NCBI RefSeq assembly: GCF_036321535.1
Contig: NC_087437.1
Coordinates: forward strand, 96,536,001-96,600,000
Source of the DNA: Camelus dromedarius
Lineage: Eukaryota
DNA: 64,000 nucleotides
Direction: 5' to 3'
The notes beneath the pieces were generated by a model. That model worked only from the letters and a program-made list of their open reading frames with translations. It did not search any database and had not been told where the DNA came from. Position 1 is the stretch's first letter; each line of letters opens with the position of its first letter. This document shows, piece after piece, positions 13,555 through 27,803 of the stretch. Made by a program: the position numbers and the translations under genes.

Positions 13555-13790
13555 TAGAATGTGAAATTGTAGAAAGAGCAGAGAATCCAAAAAGAACTGG
13601 CTTCAACTCCACGTTGTTCTGTATATGAGAGGAGTGACCTTGAGCAAGTAACCTAAAATCCCTGTAGCTTTGGTTATCCACATTTTGCATAATGAGGATA
13701 ATACTATCTTATCCTTCAAGGATGTCATAGAAATTAGGTAAGTGATATAGTGATAATGACCAGCACCTAGTAGGTGCTTGAGAAATTATA
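13555..13790 (+). mobile_element. MIR SINE
   Basis: gtgaccttgagcaagtaacctaa...aatgaggataatactatctta...cagcacctagtaggtgct. Confidence 0.65.
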
Positions 13791-14022
13791 AATAGAACAG
13801 GAGCAGTGACAAAGGGCAGCAGGCAAAATATCTGCATTCAAATTATATATACTCTTTACAGCAAAGAAAGACTTGCAACTGTGTAATTATGGATTGCCTA
13901 GAATCTGAGGCCTTGGTGGGGAAAGGGAGTGCATGGCCTATAGTGTCTGGGACAATCCTTATTTGTCAATTGGTTTGTTATTTAAACAATGTGCTTAAAT
14001 CATGTTTCCTTCAGTCAATGTC

Positions 14023-14423
14023 TGAAGAGTGGCAGAATATGGCAGTCTAAAATATGCCACTTTGACATAAGGATAATTTTGAGCAAAAGGCACTTCAAAA
14101 ACAGCAGGTACACGAAAGGCGCTCTGACCTCCCTTTTTCTTCATGAAAGTAGGAGATAAAATGTCCATGTGAAAGATGGCCTTCCTTATACTAGGAGGAA
14201 AGAAACATTGTTATCATCAAGTAGAAGCAGAGAGATTCTGTAGGAAAAGAACTTGTTAAAGTATATTTTATCTTGCTTTAGTCATCCCATGTTTAATTGT
14301 TTCCCTTTGTTCAACCTAATATATAAGCACTTAGGTGCTGTCTTCTTTTTCTTTGTCCACAGTCAGGCCCAGGTCATGACTAAGAAAGAAGCTGAACTAT
14401 AGCTCTTCTGCTAATACCTTACA
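14023..14423 (+). mobile_element. MER34-like ERV1 solo LTR
   Basis: TG start tgaagagtggcagaatatgg...aaaatatgccactttgacataaggataattttgagc matches the MER34-family 5' end as recalled; probable CA end near 14423. Confidence 0.65.
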
Positions 14424-15559
14424 GTTGAGGGAACATCTAGTCTACATGCAGACTAGGAGCATCATCTTCACTAGACATGAACAAACCAGTCGACAGGAAC
14501 TTCAAACAACCCATAGCACAATATAAACGCTGTTTTTGAAAAACATTTATAGGACCAAAGAGAGTAATACTAATTTAATTTTTCTTTTTTATTTTGCATT
14601 TACTGTGTTGCTCTTTGTGACTCTGAAATTGACCTAATACCATGGACAGCTACCAAAAATAGTGATACCTGCAATCTTTAAAATGTTTTCCATTTTATTC
14701 CCTTAGCCTACAATAATTAGATTACATATAATAGATTCCACAGGTTACACACACCCAAATTATTGGTATATATTTCATTACTATTATCTCCTTGTAAATA
14801 GCTAAAATAATATTGTTAAAATAAAAACAATCCATAATACCTTCTAAATAAAATACAGTCCCCTTTCCTAGAGAAGATAGGTTTGTGGGTGATTTTTCAT
14901 ACCATTTCTTACACATACACATACATGTAAAATTACAGAAATTAAAAATTTTGATATAAATGAAATCATTCTTTTTCCACTTACTCTTTACATTCAACAC
15001 TGCATAATGGAATAGTCCATGTTAGTTCATGAACCTCTACAAGCACACTATTTACACGTGATGCAAAGAGTGACTGAGACTATCAGAATAAGGATAGCCA
15101 GCATCACTGACTGTCCACTGTGAAGAGATGAATTAGCTGAGGAACAAGAGGTCAACTATTTTGACTACGGAATCACTGACTTTTAACCCATAATGAAAAC
15201 AGCTGAATTAGCCTTTGTGATTTTTATCTGAATACCTTGTGTCTGCTCCCTGGACACCACCACTTAGAGACCAGTGACTCATTTCACTTAAGCTCATTTG
15301 ATGCCTCTGGCTCCTGGTTCTCTGTCTCAGTTTCCAAGGGAGAAAGGCAAAGATCTTATGATTCAAGTCACCTTAGATTAAAACCCCAATGCATAACAAA
15401 ATAAGAGGAAAAACAATTGCATTAAAGAAAGAGTTGAGGAGTGATGCTACCACAGGGAAATGAAAACCTAGGATGGAATCTTCAAGAGATTATAAAATAT
15501 TTTCACCAAAGGGGCTAACATTTCACTTTATCAACCACCGAATATTACCCTTCTGGGAA

Positions 15560-16150
15560 TCATTACTATTGATTACTATGTCATTTATATGTATCACACT
15601 GTATTGTAATTATCTGTTTATACATCTGTCTCTCTAGAGTCTCGGTTCTTTGAGAGTAGGGACTATTTAAAGTTTATCACTGAAGACCAAGCACTGTAAA
15701 TAGAGATACACTTTTATGAAATACCTGAAATGAAATGTCTTCTATGAAACATTTTGGGGCCTGACCAAAAGAATCTGAACTATTTGCTGTGGTCCTCAAG
15801 GCTCTCATAGTTGGGCCACTGAAGCCTTGTTCACTCCTCTTCAGCCACTGGGTGTATTTTCCCTCCTTAAATCAGCCCGCTGCCTTTTCAGTTCAGGAAC
15901 TTTAGGCAGGTGGTTCCCTATCCTCGAAATTCTTTTCCCCTAGCTCTTTATGAGACTAATCACTTCTCATCCTCAAGTTTCAGTTCACATGTTCCCTCCT
16001 CAGCAGTGACACCCTGACAGCCTCCCCACTATTCCTTGTCTAGCATGCTGTTAATTGCTACCCAGGACTTACCCTAACCTACTTCTTGAAAATGGATTCT
16101 TCTTATTTAGTGTCTTCCCTAGTATAATGGAAGGTCCAGGAGGGACAGAC
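15560..16150 (+). mobile_element. L2 LINE fragments
   Basis: tcacactgtattgtaattatctgttta...ttgagagtagggacta and cttctcatcctcaagtttcagttcacatgttccctcctcag L2 3' motifs. Confidence 0.5.
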
Positions 16151-16499
16151 CTTAGTGGCACGATCATATGGGGCACATCCAATTTTGAGGCCTTAACTCA
16201 ATTTAAGGATAAAATACTAACTCTCTAGATGCAAAGTATATACCTTCTTTACTGCACTTCTTTTTCTCTCTCAGCTGGACTTCTGAATACAAGATTGTAG
16301 AAGCTTGCACACTGGAGTCAAGAGGAAATTCTTGACTGGCTTGGGGAAAGCTTAGATAGGCTGAAAATAAAGAACTTTTCCTCCATTGCTCTAGTGTGCC
16401 ATGAATATACATTATTTCTAAGTAATTAATGTAAATAAGAAATCATGAGATATATCTTTATGGGTTATCAAAATTTGAAAAACCATATTCTGCAGCATT

Positions 16500-16640
16500 G
16501 ATTCATTGGTTCACTAGTGTTTTCATTCAATCAAATATTTGTTGAGCACCTGTTATGTATCAAGGACCGACAGTACCAACTTCTGGCCCCTGTAAAGCTT
16601 GCATTCTAGCTGGGGGACCAGAAGGTAAATAAATAAATAG
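16500..16640 (-). mobile_element. L2 3' end
   Basis: ttcattcaatcaaatatttgttgagcacctgttatgtatcaagg...gcttgcattctag. Confidence 0.65.
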
Positions 16641-16644
16641 ACTC

Positions 16645-16929
16645 GGCTGGTGGCTGCTTTCTCCATATTCAAAGCTTGCAATTTTGCTCTCTCTGACTCA
16701 CCCTTCACAGTCACATCTCCCTCTGAGTACACTTGGGAAAGGTTCTCAGTTCTTAAGGACTCATGCAGTTAGGTTAACCCCACCTAGATAATGCAGGGTA
16801 GTCTCCCCATCTCAAGGCCCTATCTTAATTCTATCTGTAAAACCCCTTTTTGTCCTGTAAGGTAACATAGTCACAGGTTCTGGGGATTAGGATGGACATC
16901 TTTGGTAGTCCATTGTTTTGCCTACCCCA
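16645..16929 (-). mobile_element. Partial MLT1 (MLT1C/D-like) LTR
   Basis: gtaaggtaacatagtcacaggttctggggattaggatggacatctttgg...gcctacccca is the reverse complement of the MLT1 5' end. Confidence 0.75.
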
Positions 16930-18419
16930 GGAAGCATATGAATTATTTCTCATCTTCCTTTGCATTTGGATGTTTGATTCACTCTCACTCTATTTTTGAT
17001 GGTGGAAATACAGAAGTCAGCAGTGTTCAGATCAATTTCCCCCTTTTCCAACCATTTTCAGACTAGCTCCCGACTTGTCTTCACTGGGAACAACATACCC
17101 CACAATGAAACCTGGTTTTTAAAGAACATAATAAAGTCTCTTTTTTCGCTCCTACATGATGCTTTACAACCTGATGCTTTTTAGCACTATGTCATACAGA
17201 CTCAGTTAAGATGAACTTGACTGTGAAGATTCATCACAAGGTACATAAAGTTAAGTCATCTGTTGCTCAGTAATGAAGCTTTCCACATAAGTTCAGCCAA
17301 CACTAGAAGTAGTTGATAACTACATATATCACCCTCATTAAAACTTGCAAACATGAAAGGCATGAAATTTCAGCTTGGGTACTTGGAGGAAATAAGATTT
17401 CAAAATGAGATTGATGACCTTCCTCCAGAGAAATCATGTGGAAGCATTTCTGTCCAGCAGAAATATTATTTCATAATTCCATAAAATATTTTGGGAGATA
17501 GCCAGTGGTTTCACATAGGAAGACACTGGAACTATCTGAATAGTTAGAGGGTTTGCATTGTTCATTTTACTTTGTCCATTTCCTTTCTTTGCCCTCCTTT
17601 GCTTTCTTCTTTATAATATAACAAGGAATTTCATTAGGTCTCTCTTTTTTCTTTTTAATTAAGCCAAATTCTTTCCAAATTTTGCCCTTCCTTTTTTGAT
17701 TCTATTATGTACAGTATGTAAGTTAAATTTTCCAGTGAATAAATCTAGTCGTTTAAATTTATTTCCTATTTGCTTAATCAGGTACAAGCAGGAAATAAAG
17801 AACATATTTTTCTGTGTTTGCCCGAGGCACCCAAGTTTGCTTAACCACTACCTTTTGGATCCTAGTTATGACTTAACCAGAGCTATTTTTACCAATATAA
17901 AGTAATAAAAGGTTAAGCTAAAATGAACATATATGCATATATTAATAATAAAATGCTTATGTATATAGATATATCCCTTGAACTACCACAATGTATTTAT
18001 GTATATGCTGATAAAACATATAATAAATCAAGTTATTAGGTAAAAAAAATAAAAGTATAAGAGGGCCAAATTGTTGAATTCTGCAAGGGGAAAAAGAGAT
18101 GTTCACCTCATCAAATATTGCTAATTCAGTAAAATAAATATTAATATTTTTCTCAAATGATCAACTACAAACTTACTTACAAAAACACAAAACTAATTAG
18201 GAATCCCAAAGAGATTTGAGTTTGAGGATTCTGATTCTTTATAACTGAGTTTCTAGATTTTCCGGATAAAAGTATGATATTTCAAAATCACATGTTTAAC
18301 GGAACACTCAAGTAGGGATGGTATTGGACTAATACACATATACATTCGTACTACAACGTATAATAGCTAAAACTACGTAACAGGTTTTCAAACAGAATTC
18401 TCACATTCCCATACAAAGC

Positions 18420-18850
18420 AAGCAGAGCCTTGCGCTACCTGTCTGTTGCTCCCTATTAGCTCGCTCCTGCTGCCCTCCAGCAAGGTGCCAGGGAAGGTTC
18501 TAAATGTATTTGATTAGTTTCAGGCCTTCATTTTTAGCGAGTCATCACCCTCTTAATGGCAGATGATGCCCCCTAGTTCGAATCAATGTGAGTGGCCCTG
18601 GTTACAATGGACTGGATTAATGATGAAAAATGTGTCGTCAGCCTAGAGGTCTTTGGACATTTATCACCCAAGGGGTCTGCCAATTGGTGGGCTGCCCCTG
18701 GCTCATCAGCACAATACTCTCCCGGCCTTAAAGAGATAGTGTTCTTTTCAGATTAATTTAATGAGGTCTGGTAGGTGGGGAAAGGGACATGGAAGACAGT
18801 TAATTTGACAGTTAACTTGACAGATTTAGGTTCTATACGTTTCAGTACTT
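18420..18850. promoter_or_regulatory. Putative conserved non-coding element/enhancer
   Basis: Repeat-free, more GC- and CpG-rich than its flanks, several TAAT/ATTA cores and a 12-bp periodic (T)GACAG array at 18795-18823. Confidence 0.45.
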
Positions 18851-21800
18851 CTGTAACAAGTGCGCTTCCTTTTGGAATTTGCAAGGCAAGTATATGCAAT
18901 TATTAAAAGCTGTATTTGGAAGTCTATAATTGCTGATGTTTCATTCCGAACTTTTTTCTTATAAAATAAGCCTATAAAATTGTATTAATATAGATATGAT
19001 AGATTTAAAATATTTGCTGTTAATTATAGTATTTCCAGAAATCTTAATGCCTGATTAATTCTCAAAAGGAAGTGAATATAATCTTTAAAATTATTTTATC
19101 TTATCTACTCCTTTTTCCTTGAGTTCATTTATAATGTTACTATCAGCCTAGAATTTTTTTTCTTGACCTTGATCATCAGTGCATTTATTTTCATTTAAAA
19201 AACAGGAAAAACTGTAAGGAAGCAACTTCAATAAGTTCTCTTTCTAAAAAGAGCTTATATTCATTCTGTATTCACAAATGCTTACTTAACATTTCATTGA
19301 TCAACTTCTGTCCTCCAGCCCACCAGAGTAATGCACATGTGCAAACTGAAATAAGAAAATGTTCTATGTGTTGTAAACAAGTCAAATATAATATTAAAAG
19401 CTGCAGTGATAAATTGCTGGTTTGGCAAAAGTAGCAAGGAAAAAAATCAGATGCTATGTATAATTTGTATTGTCTCCTGTTTATTTGAATTTAATAAAAT
19501 TGAAAAACAAATTTAAAAAATATTAGTCACTGAAAGGAAACAACACACTTATGTCATGGGTTAAGATTTGGGGAGGGGTTAATGTCACTGTTAACATGGA
19601 AAATCCTAATAACATTGCCCCTTTATTCTGAAATTCTTTCTTCCAAAAGCCACCTGATGTAATTTCTAAGAAATTACAATGATTACTATGAAAAATGACT
19701 CTGTGACATAAATCAAATAATACAAATCAAGCTTTACACAATAATTACCCTTTCAACCATTGGCATGTTCCTAATAACCCAATAATGCATTCTTACTTTT
19801 TCAATTTTGGTCTGAAGAACAAAAATTTGTCATTTAATGGGCACTTCTAAATAACACAACACATCAAAGATACTAGAAGTTAATAATAGTAGTTAACCTG
19901 ATGTTGATTTCAGAAAATTTGGGGAATATTTTTTTCAGATTAGTAAAAGAGATTTGTAAATATAATTTACCCTATAAACATTCAATCTTGGCAATTAATG
20001 AGTTCTCTGGAATCACATACTGAGTTGAATGAATTAACTCAATCTTCTGCAGATAGCAAAAGAAATCTTAAATACAAATCCATTGCATCCAATCAGGAAA
20101 TGTTAACACACACGAAGGAGTCTGGAGTCTGGAATGACCAGAGGATACGAAAGAGATTAAACAACATCTTGAGAAAGGATTCACTAAAGGTAGTAACTAT
20201 GTTAAGTTTGGCACTAGCAAACTTACATAAGAGTAGCAGGTTCAAAGACACAGGACAATAAGAGGTTAGCAGTGAATGAGGCCAATGACAAGAAGAGAGC
20301 TTAAATGGAGAATCGCCAGAGAATCTGGACTAAGGCTGTACACTGATCTATTAAGCTGCCACTGATCTTACTATCAATTAGAACTAGCTATAACATTTAG
20401 GAAAATTTTCTGGATTGGATATGAAGTAATAAAAATAAAATCTTTAAATCAGTATTCCATGCCCTCTGGTGTTTGGAATCAGCTGTCATCTCACATAAAA
20501 GTTAGTCTTTGCTTCATTTGATTTTAACAGTTGTTTGGGGACAATAAAACAACAACAAAAAACCTAATTATATCTGAAAATGTATATTCCTAATTTCCAC
20601 ATTAAAAAACAGACACATACACATGGGTCAAATAGATAATTTCTAGCCTATACTCAATAAGTAGGACTTCAAAAAAAGGAGAGGAGTACTTCGCTTTTAT
20701 TCTTGCATTTTTTCAGTTCTGCGTATTTGCATAAATTTTAAAAGTATATGAGATTTTGTACCATTTAAAAAAGAACTTTTTCAAAGAAGAATTCTCTACC
20801 AGGATGAAGATATAGTTTTATTTACCTTTGCTAATTAGGTCATGACCTCACATTCTGCTACTCCAAGGCCAAGGCCTTATTAGCAAAATGAAAAAAAAAT
20901 TTGTTCATAAAATTATTTTGTTGACTTAAATGCACGAAAATTCCAAAGGTCCACACATCCATCAAAAATTCTCTCCTGATCATCTCAGTAAGCCCTTATA
21001 TCAAGAAGAATACTTTCTGTGCCGTTTTTCTCACAGCACTAGGTAGGACTCTGCCCTGGAAATTCACATCTTCTCTAAAGTCACGAAGTAACCATACCAT
21101 CACAAATTTTGCTCTGAGAGCCATTTTTACTCCTTCAAGCTTTGGTTATCCTACCAGATTGAAAACTCAAACTATATTGAAACACTGTTGACTTTTAAAT
21201 GTTGGCATGCCAGTTACAGACTAGGCAATTCTGTGAACGTGATGAGGAAACATATTCTAATATCTGTAAAGCAAAGTAAGTGTCAAAACGGAAATGTGCT
21301 CTGTCATCAAGAAGACAAAGATCTCTCAAAATTAATGAGAAACAATTTTGTTTACAGCATCCTATTTGTTATATTGGAAAATACTTATTAGCTAAGAAAA
21401 GATACCTAGCAGTTTAAATTAATTGGGAGGTAACTTGTATTACTAACAGTAAAATGATGGCTAAAACTGATAGTTGCAGTCCATATTAAAAGGTATCCTT
21501 ATTCTATAAGAATTAGTTCTGATAAATATATAATTAAAACCCAGCAAAGCCAGAAAATTTGTGGTAGTCCAAATCCAAACCCACTCGTTGACTTTATGAA
21601 TTGGAGGATTTCCATTTTAAATTCTTAGGAAAATACTTTCTTTTCTTCCTTTCTTTTCTTCTTTAAAGCATGGTCAGTATATTAAAAACATATTTATAAG
21701 ATAGAAAAAAACAGAACATCTTTTCATAAACTCATGAAGACAGGATACCTACGAAGATAAAATGACTGCATTGAGGATGTGTTGGCATTTAAATTTTATT

Positions 21801-22609
21801 TTTGAACTATCTTGTTAAAAAAGGAAAAGAGAATGACACACCCAAATGACATTTTCTCTGCTAAGCATCAAACACTGCACACCCAACTTTTCTAAATAAT
21901 ATTAAATTGCTTACTTTGTTCAGTACATTTTACCTTTCTGTTGAAATACTACTATTCATTCACACAATTTCTTCCCCAAACAGAATCACATTCATCTTAT
22001 GACCATGCTGTGTACTATCTACAATCATCTTACATTTAAAGGAAAAGTGCTATTTATAATGTGTATTGTGCTTGCCAGTATACTTTTACAAGTCTTTGAC
22101 ATGTCAACGTGAAAAATTTATAGATATTCAATAAAGCTTCACTGTAAGGATTTTCAAATAAACTAAGATGCGTTTTGTGTTTGTCTAAAAGGCTCAGTAA
22201 TGAAACACTGGGGACTTGTTTATGCAGTGTTTTCCCAGCAGGAGAACCAATATTGGTCAGTTCTCTCCTCCTTAGAGGACTTTCTCACTAAATGGAACAG
22301 CATTAGCTTTGTTCCTTAAGTCTAATTAACAACCAAATCATAAATTGTAGTCTTGCCCAATTGAATTAAGCTTTCAGCAATATGTGTGTTTAAAAAAGTT
22401 ATTTACACTGCTTTGAATTTTATTCAGCAAAAAGAAAAACCAAGGGCAAAATGGTGAATACCAAAAGCAACACAGTGTACAAGTTTAACGCATTAGCCTC
22501 TTATCCCTAGAGATCATGGTTCCTATCTGCCTTAGGTCGCACTTTTAAAGAGATGAATGATCTAGAGAAATCCCTCATGAGTATTTAGCCTTATCACTGA
22601 GTCCCTGAA

Positions 22610-22790
22610 CAATTAAGACTCTCTGCTCAATTTATGGCTCTCTACTGGACAAGCTGGTGGCACAACAGGTCAAAAAATTAAGGTGCTCACACTAATTTAT
22701 TCTCCCAGTAAACTTACACTGCCTATTAGGAGTATTTCAGGACTAAATGAAATAGTACAAAGTGCAATACCTGTCACCCAGTAAGTCACA
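22610..22790 (+). mobile_element. MIR SINE remnant
   Basis: cctattaggagtatttcaggactaaatgaaatagtacaaagtgc...cagtaagt MIR 3' half. Confidence 0.45.
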
Positions 22791-24748
22791 TTAATATGTG
22801 GTGCTCATATCACACTACTTTCTATTACTTCTTTTTATTACTTTCTATTACTATTAACTGACCATAAGAACTTAGACAAATAACGCAGACATACATAATG
22901 TGTTTATTTAGTATCTAATGGAAGCCTATATTTGAAAGGCAAGGTTGATAATTTATTTTTATCTCCCTGAATAAAAATTCAGGAAGTGTGTTTCTTTCAA
23001 TTTTTTTTGCTTATAAAGTTTGATATATTTCCAGAAGCATCTCTACAAAATGTACTTTCAAACTGCAGATACTTTTTCTGAGATTTACATGGATGGTTCT
23101 TGCCAGCAGGGCTATTCACCTTTGAGATGGGCAACCATAGCATTTGTATACATCACCATAAGTTATATGAAGAACACAGACATTACCATTTCAGTTCCTT
23201 CAAGTTACATCAGTATAATGATTGTGTACAGACTTTCACATTCCTTACAGTCCAAGAGTCTAACCACTGAATAAAATAAAAAAAACTCTTCTTTTCAAAA
23301 CCTAGTAAAGCCTTCCTTGCTAGATGCTGCCTGCCAAGATGCTGTGTTTCACAGATAATAATGCTGCATTTCACAGTTTTCTCTAAAAAGAAGTTACATA
23401 GTTTTTATTTGAAAAGAAAATAGAGCTCTTTTTTAACTGTTAAATTGAGAGGAATGCTAAAGGAGGCATTCAGGTCAGGATTTGTTTACAGAGGTCTCAG
23501 AGACAGTATCTTTTATTCTGAGAAACATCTGGCAGAACAGTTACCAGTAGAGGTCAGAATTCATGTTTACCATTTTACACAGAGATAATGTACCTTCCAA
23601 AAGTTGCAAATGACTAAAGAAAAAGAGTACTTTCTAGCACAGTTAGAATTTTCCAATAAGATTAAGCTAATCGTCCAATTTAATTGTATTCTAGTTTTTC
23701 ATGAATGTTTGGGATATAATTGGTGTTTAATGGAGATATGGATCTTCTCTGAAAAAATTTCATGCATTCTTTAGGCAAAAAGGTCAAATTTTCCACAGAA
23801 TAATATTTCATGACAAAGAAGAACAGATATATGGTTTCAAACTCAGTGTTTAATCAGCCTAAATTATTCTGTCTCTTTTTCATAAAGCTATAAAGAACAC
23901 AAAAGAGTGCTAACATCAGTAACTTAAGTTGATTTTAACATTGCAAAACTAAGCTAACTTTTTTTATAAACTAATGCCTTTATATTCTACTTAAGATACA
24001 GCTACAGATACTGCTGTCCCATCCAAATATTTTTCTCTAAAATTTATTTTTATTTTAAATTGTTATGTATTGTGTAAGTTCACATACCTTCTTATAACAT
24101 CTTGTAAAATCTTACCATAAAATAAGCATCATATTTTAAAGACTACTTATTTTGGGAATGTAATATTGAGGATAAACTCAGCCTTCAAGAAAAGAAGTAG
24201 ATTGAGCAGGCACTGTTTTGACATGTTCAAGGTTTGCTATTTCTTTATGTCACAGTGATTGAGTGCTTGTAAGTGATACATTTTCCCATACCCCCGATAA
24301 AAGAGGGCACAGATATCTTCTTTAAAAAACAGTTATCATGACATATGAGGTAAATATCATTTATCATCTTTCCATGGTCAATTCTAAGAGGGTTTGTTAC
24401 AAATCTTATCTTCAGTGTTTCTGTCTCAGGAAACCTGTAACTTCTTCAGTTTCCGTATGATCTTCAAGATGTTCCACATTTTAGCCCAATCATACCTATT
24501 TACAAGAGTTCACAGTATCAAATCAAAACACATTAGCACAGTAAGCATTTACAAAATTTGTCACACCAGGAACATGAAATTCTCAGAAACTTCATTAGGA
24601 GATCAAATGAATGTGAGACCCATGAGAAGATTCTAATTCAGCTAGAATAATAGGAGTCAAATTTTAGAAAATATCTGATACAATATTTCTTCTTTAAAAA
24701 CGTATTATATTTGGGAAATATTCTGTATTTTGAACCAGAAAGTCAAAT

Positions 24749-24763
24749 GCCTCTCTCTCTCAA

Positions 24764-24793
<30 letters not shown>
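24749..24793. repeat. (CT)n-(CA)n compound microsatellite
   Basis: Directly visible ctctctctctcaaacacacacacacacacaaacacacacacac. Confidence 0.9.
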
Positions 24794-24794
<1 letters not shown>

Positions 24795-26510
24795 GATAAC
24801 ACAAGTAATCTGGCTTCAAGCTTTAAGTATTTGTTCTTGAACTAGAAATGTTATCTTTCCCCACCATGCATTGCTTAAAAATATATCAAGGGAATTCTTT
24901 CTTCTAGACTACTTTTTTGGCTCTGTCAAGAATATAGATCTAAAAATATTTTAGATAAATATCCTTTTGCAGATTTTTGTAATTTCAAAACTAATTTTTT
25001 TTAAATGTTGATGTATATAAAATGCAACCAGAGGGATGCTAGACTATAAAGACACAAAATTAAAATGTTCCCTTACAGCATAATAAAATGCTATTGCCAG
25101 TTTAATCCTGAAACAAGTACATTTTGTTCTAGGACTATACATTCTACCTTAAGTGGTAGTTTTTCTGCCTTCAACTAATCAAGGACTCACAGATAAGTAT
25201 GAAAATGTTATGTAAAAGCATATATATTCACAGACAAATCTAGCACACAAACAATCAAATGCCCAGAAATCCATTTCTTCACCTTTGCTTCTAGGGCACT
25301 GATAAGGAAGCAGGTGTCAGAATTTTTTTTCCATAATCTTGACAGATCATTTTGCATATAAAACATATCTAGACATTAATAACCCTCTAGGGTAGAGATA
25401 GCTCTGTTTTGACAAATATTAGTGCTTCCTTTCATATTATTTAATCCTTTCAATGGAAAAAATATCATATACACTAATTTCTCTATATGTTTGTAAATCT
25501 ATTCAGTTGGCTTTTACCCTTCAGAGTAAACCATATGTAAGTGAGTAAGTTTATTTTATTTCAATCCTTCTTGCTCTCTCTTGCTCTCTCATTTATTTAT
25601 TTATTTATTTAATTTTTTGCAAACACTGATCATTCAAAGGAAGGATCCACAAAATGTCAAACAGAATACGTAAGCAAAGCACAACAAACCTGAAACTTCT
25701 CATGCTTAATGTTTTAAAATTTATTCTCTTATTCATTTACCTCATTTGAAAACACTATTATAATATTTTATCATCATATTGAAGTCAGGAGTCATTTTAT
25801 TCACAGTATATATGTGATGCAGTCAGTATCTTGTAGTTGGATCTGAGCAATTAAATTGAACATTATTTATAATTTACTGACTTTATCCTTACTCAGTTCT
25901 AAAATGAAGAAGTCAGGTCATTCTTAGGCACCTATGTCAACGGTTTATGATGAAAGAAAATACTTATATACCAATTATAAATGTACAGATTAATTTTAAA
26001 CAAAGTACACTTTATTTTCTATTCTTGAAACAGTTGAGATTTGAAACTTAAAAGAATTGCAGAATTACTTTTCCTATAATTTACTATAAAGAGAAACTCT
26101 GCAGAAATAAATAGAATTGGAGAAACTGTCTAGGATTTTTAAAAAGAAAAAAATACTAGTAAGTTGAATTCAGGAAGCACTGAATGTAAGGATCTATATA
26201 GATTCTGCAGTCAGACTTAAGTACTTATAAGTGCAAGTCTTTATATGCATCTGCCTCTCAAAATAAGACCAAAAACAACAGTAGACAAAAATCTTCATCA
26301 TGAATATAAAGGTTTTTTTTTTTTTTACTGAATATTTACAATCTATTTGACTAATTTTAAGTCTATTTATTTTAAAGTGGCATTCAGTTACTTTTGGTGC
26401 AGTTTGGGTGTTGGATAAATGGGCCCTTTGGGCACCAATCAGAACTTGCAGGTTCCCAAGAATGACAAAACCAAACTTTATGCATATTATATTTCAAAAT
26501 GAAAGAATTA

Positions 26511-27053
26511 AATACAGTGAAAAACTATGTTATATCTTTGTATGATGACATATTGTAACTAGATTTATGGTGATCAACTTGAGATGATTAGAAATATCAA
26601 ATCACTATGCTGTGTAAGAGGAACTAACATAGTGTTATAGGTCAATTATACTCCAAAAACAAACAAATACGCTCATAGGAAAAGAGATCAGATTTATGGT
26701 TCCCAGAGGTGGGCGTTGGGGGAGCAGAAATAGGATGAAGGCAGTCAAAAGGTACAAACTTCCAGATATAAGATAAATAAGTACTAGGGATGTAATTTAC
26801 AACATGATAAATATAAGTAACACTGCTGTATGTTATATATGAAAGTTGTTAAGAGAGCAAATCCTAAGCATCATCATCATAAATTTTTTTTCCATTTCTT
26901 TAATTTTGTATCTGTATGATGTGATGGATGTTCACTAAACTTACTGTGATGATCACTTCACGATGTATATGAACCAAATCATGCTGTACACCTTATACAG
27001 TGCTGTATGTCAATTATATAAACAATAAAATTGGAGGGGAAAAGTAAATAAAT
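26511..27053 (+). mobile_element. 5'-truncated older L1 (L1MA-like) 3'UTR with TSD
   Basis: tcaaaaggtacaaacttccag.tataagataaataagtactagggatgtaat L1 3'UTR motif; flanked by aaaatgaaagaatta (26496-26510) and aaaatgaaagcatta (27054-27068), 15 bp with 1 mismatch. Confidence 0.85.
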
Positions 27054-27563
27054 AAAATGAAAGCATTAGTTTGCACTTTGCTAAATGGTCAATGTTTCAA
27101 GTTAATCTAAATAGAAAAGTTAAATTAAGTAGATCAAATACTAATTTTCAATTCTTCTTAGAACTTAGCCACTCTCTAGAAGAAATATTTTAATGCAGAT
27201 GGTTTACTTAGTCCTAGTTGCTCTTTCATTTGTATTTTTAAAATGAAGGATCAGTCTTAGTGTCTTCATTTTCAATTATTTCAGTTAGAATTTTGTAGGA
27301 GAAGTAATAGCTGTGATTACATTTGTGACAGTGATTACAGAAATGTATAGCTTTTACTTTCTGCCTCCTAAATACTAAAAGCACAAGTTTACAATCACCT
27401 GATGTTGATGTGGTTCATATTACATTACATATATGTAACAATTCAGCAGACCAGTTCACTCTATAAATATTACCTAATCAAAAGAAAGTTAAAGCATTTT
27501 TTATTAGCTCATGAGAAGGGGAAAAAAAAACACAAAAAAACAAAGCAAAAGTAAGTAAAAAGC

Positions 27564-27803
27564 CCAGGGGGACAGGGAGTGGGAAGGGACAGACTGGGAC
27601 TTCAAAATGTAGTAGAGAAAAACAAGATTGTACTGGGTAGCACAGGGAAATATATACAGGATCTTGTGGTGGCTCACAGCGAAAGAGAATGTGACAATGA
27701 ATGTATGTATGTTCATGTATAACTGAAAAATTGTGCTCTACACTGGAACTTGACACAACATTGTAAAATGACTATAACTCCAAAAAAATGTTTGAAAAAA
27801 CAG
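27564..27803 (+). mobile_element. Short 5'-truncated copy of the young L1 family (3'UTR only)
   Basis: Aligns by eye with the 3'UTRs at ~47470-47698 and ~53522-53768; exact 13-bp TSD gtaagtaaaaagc at 27551-27563 and 27804-27816. Confidence 0.92.
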
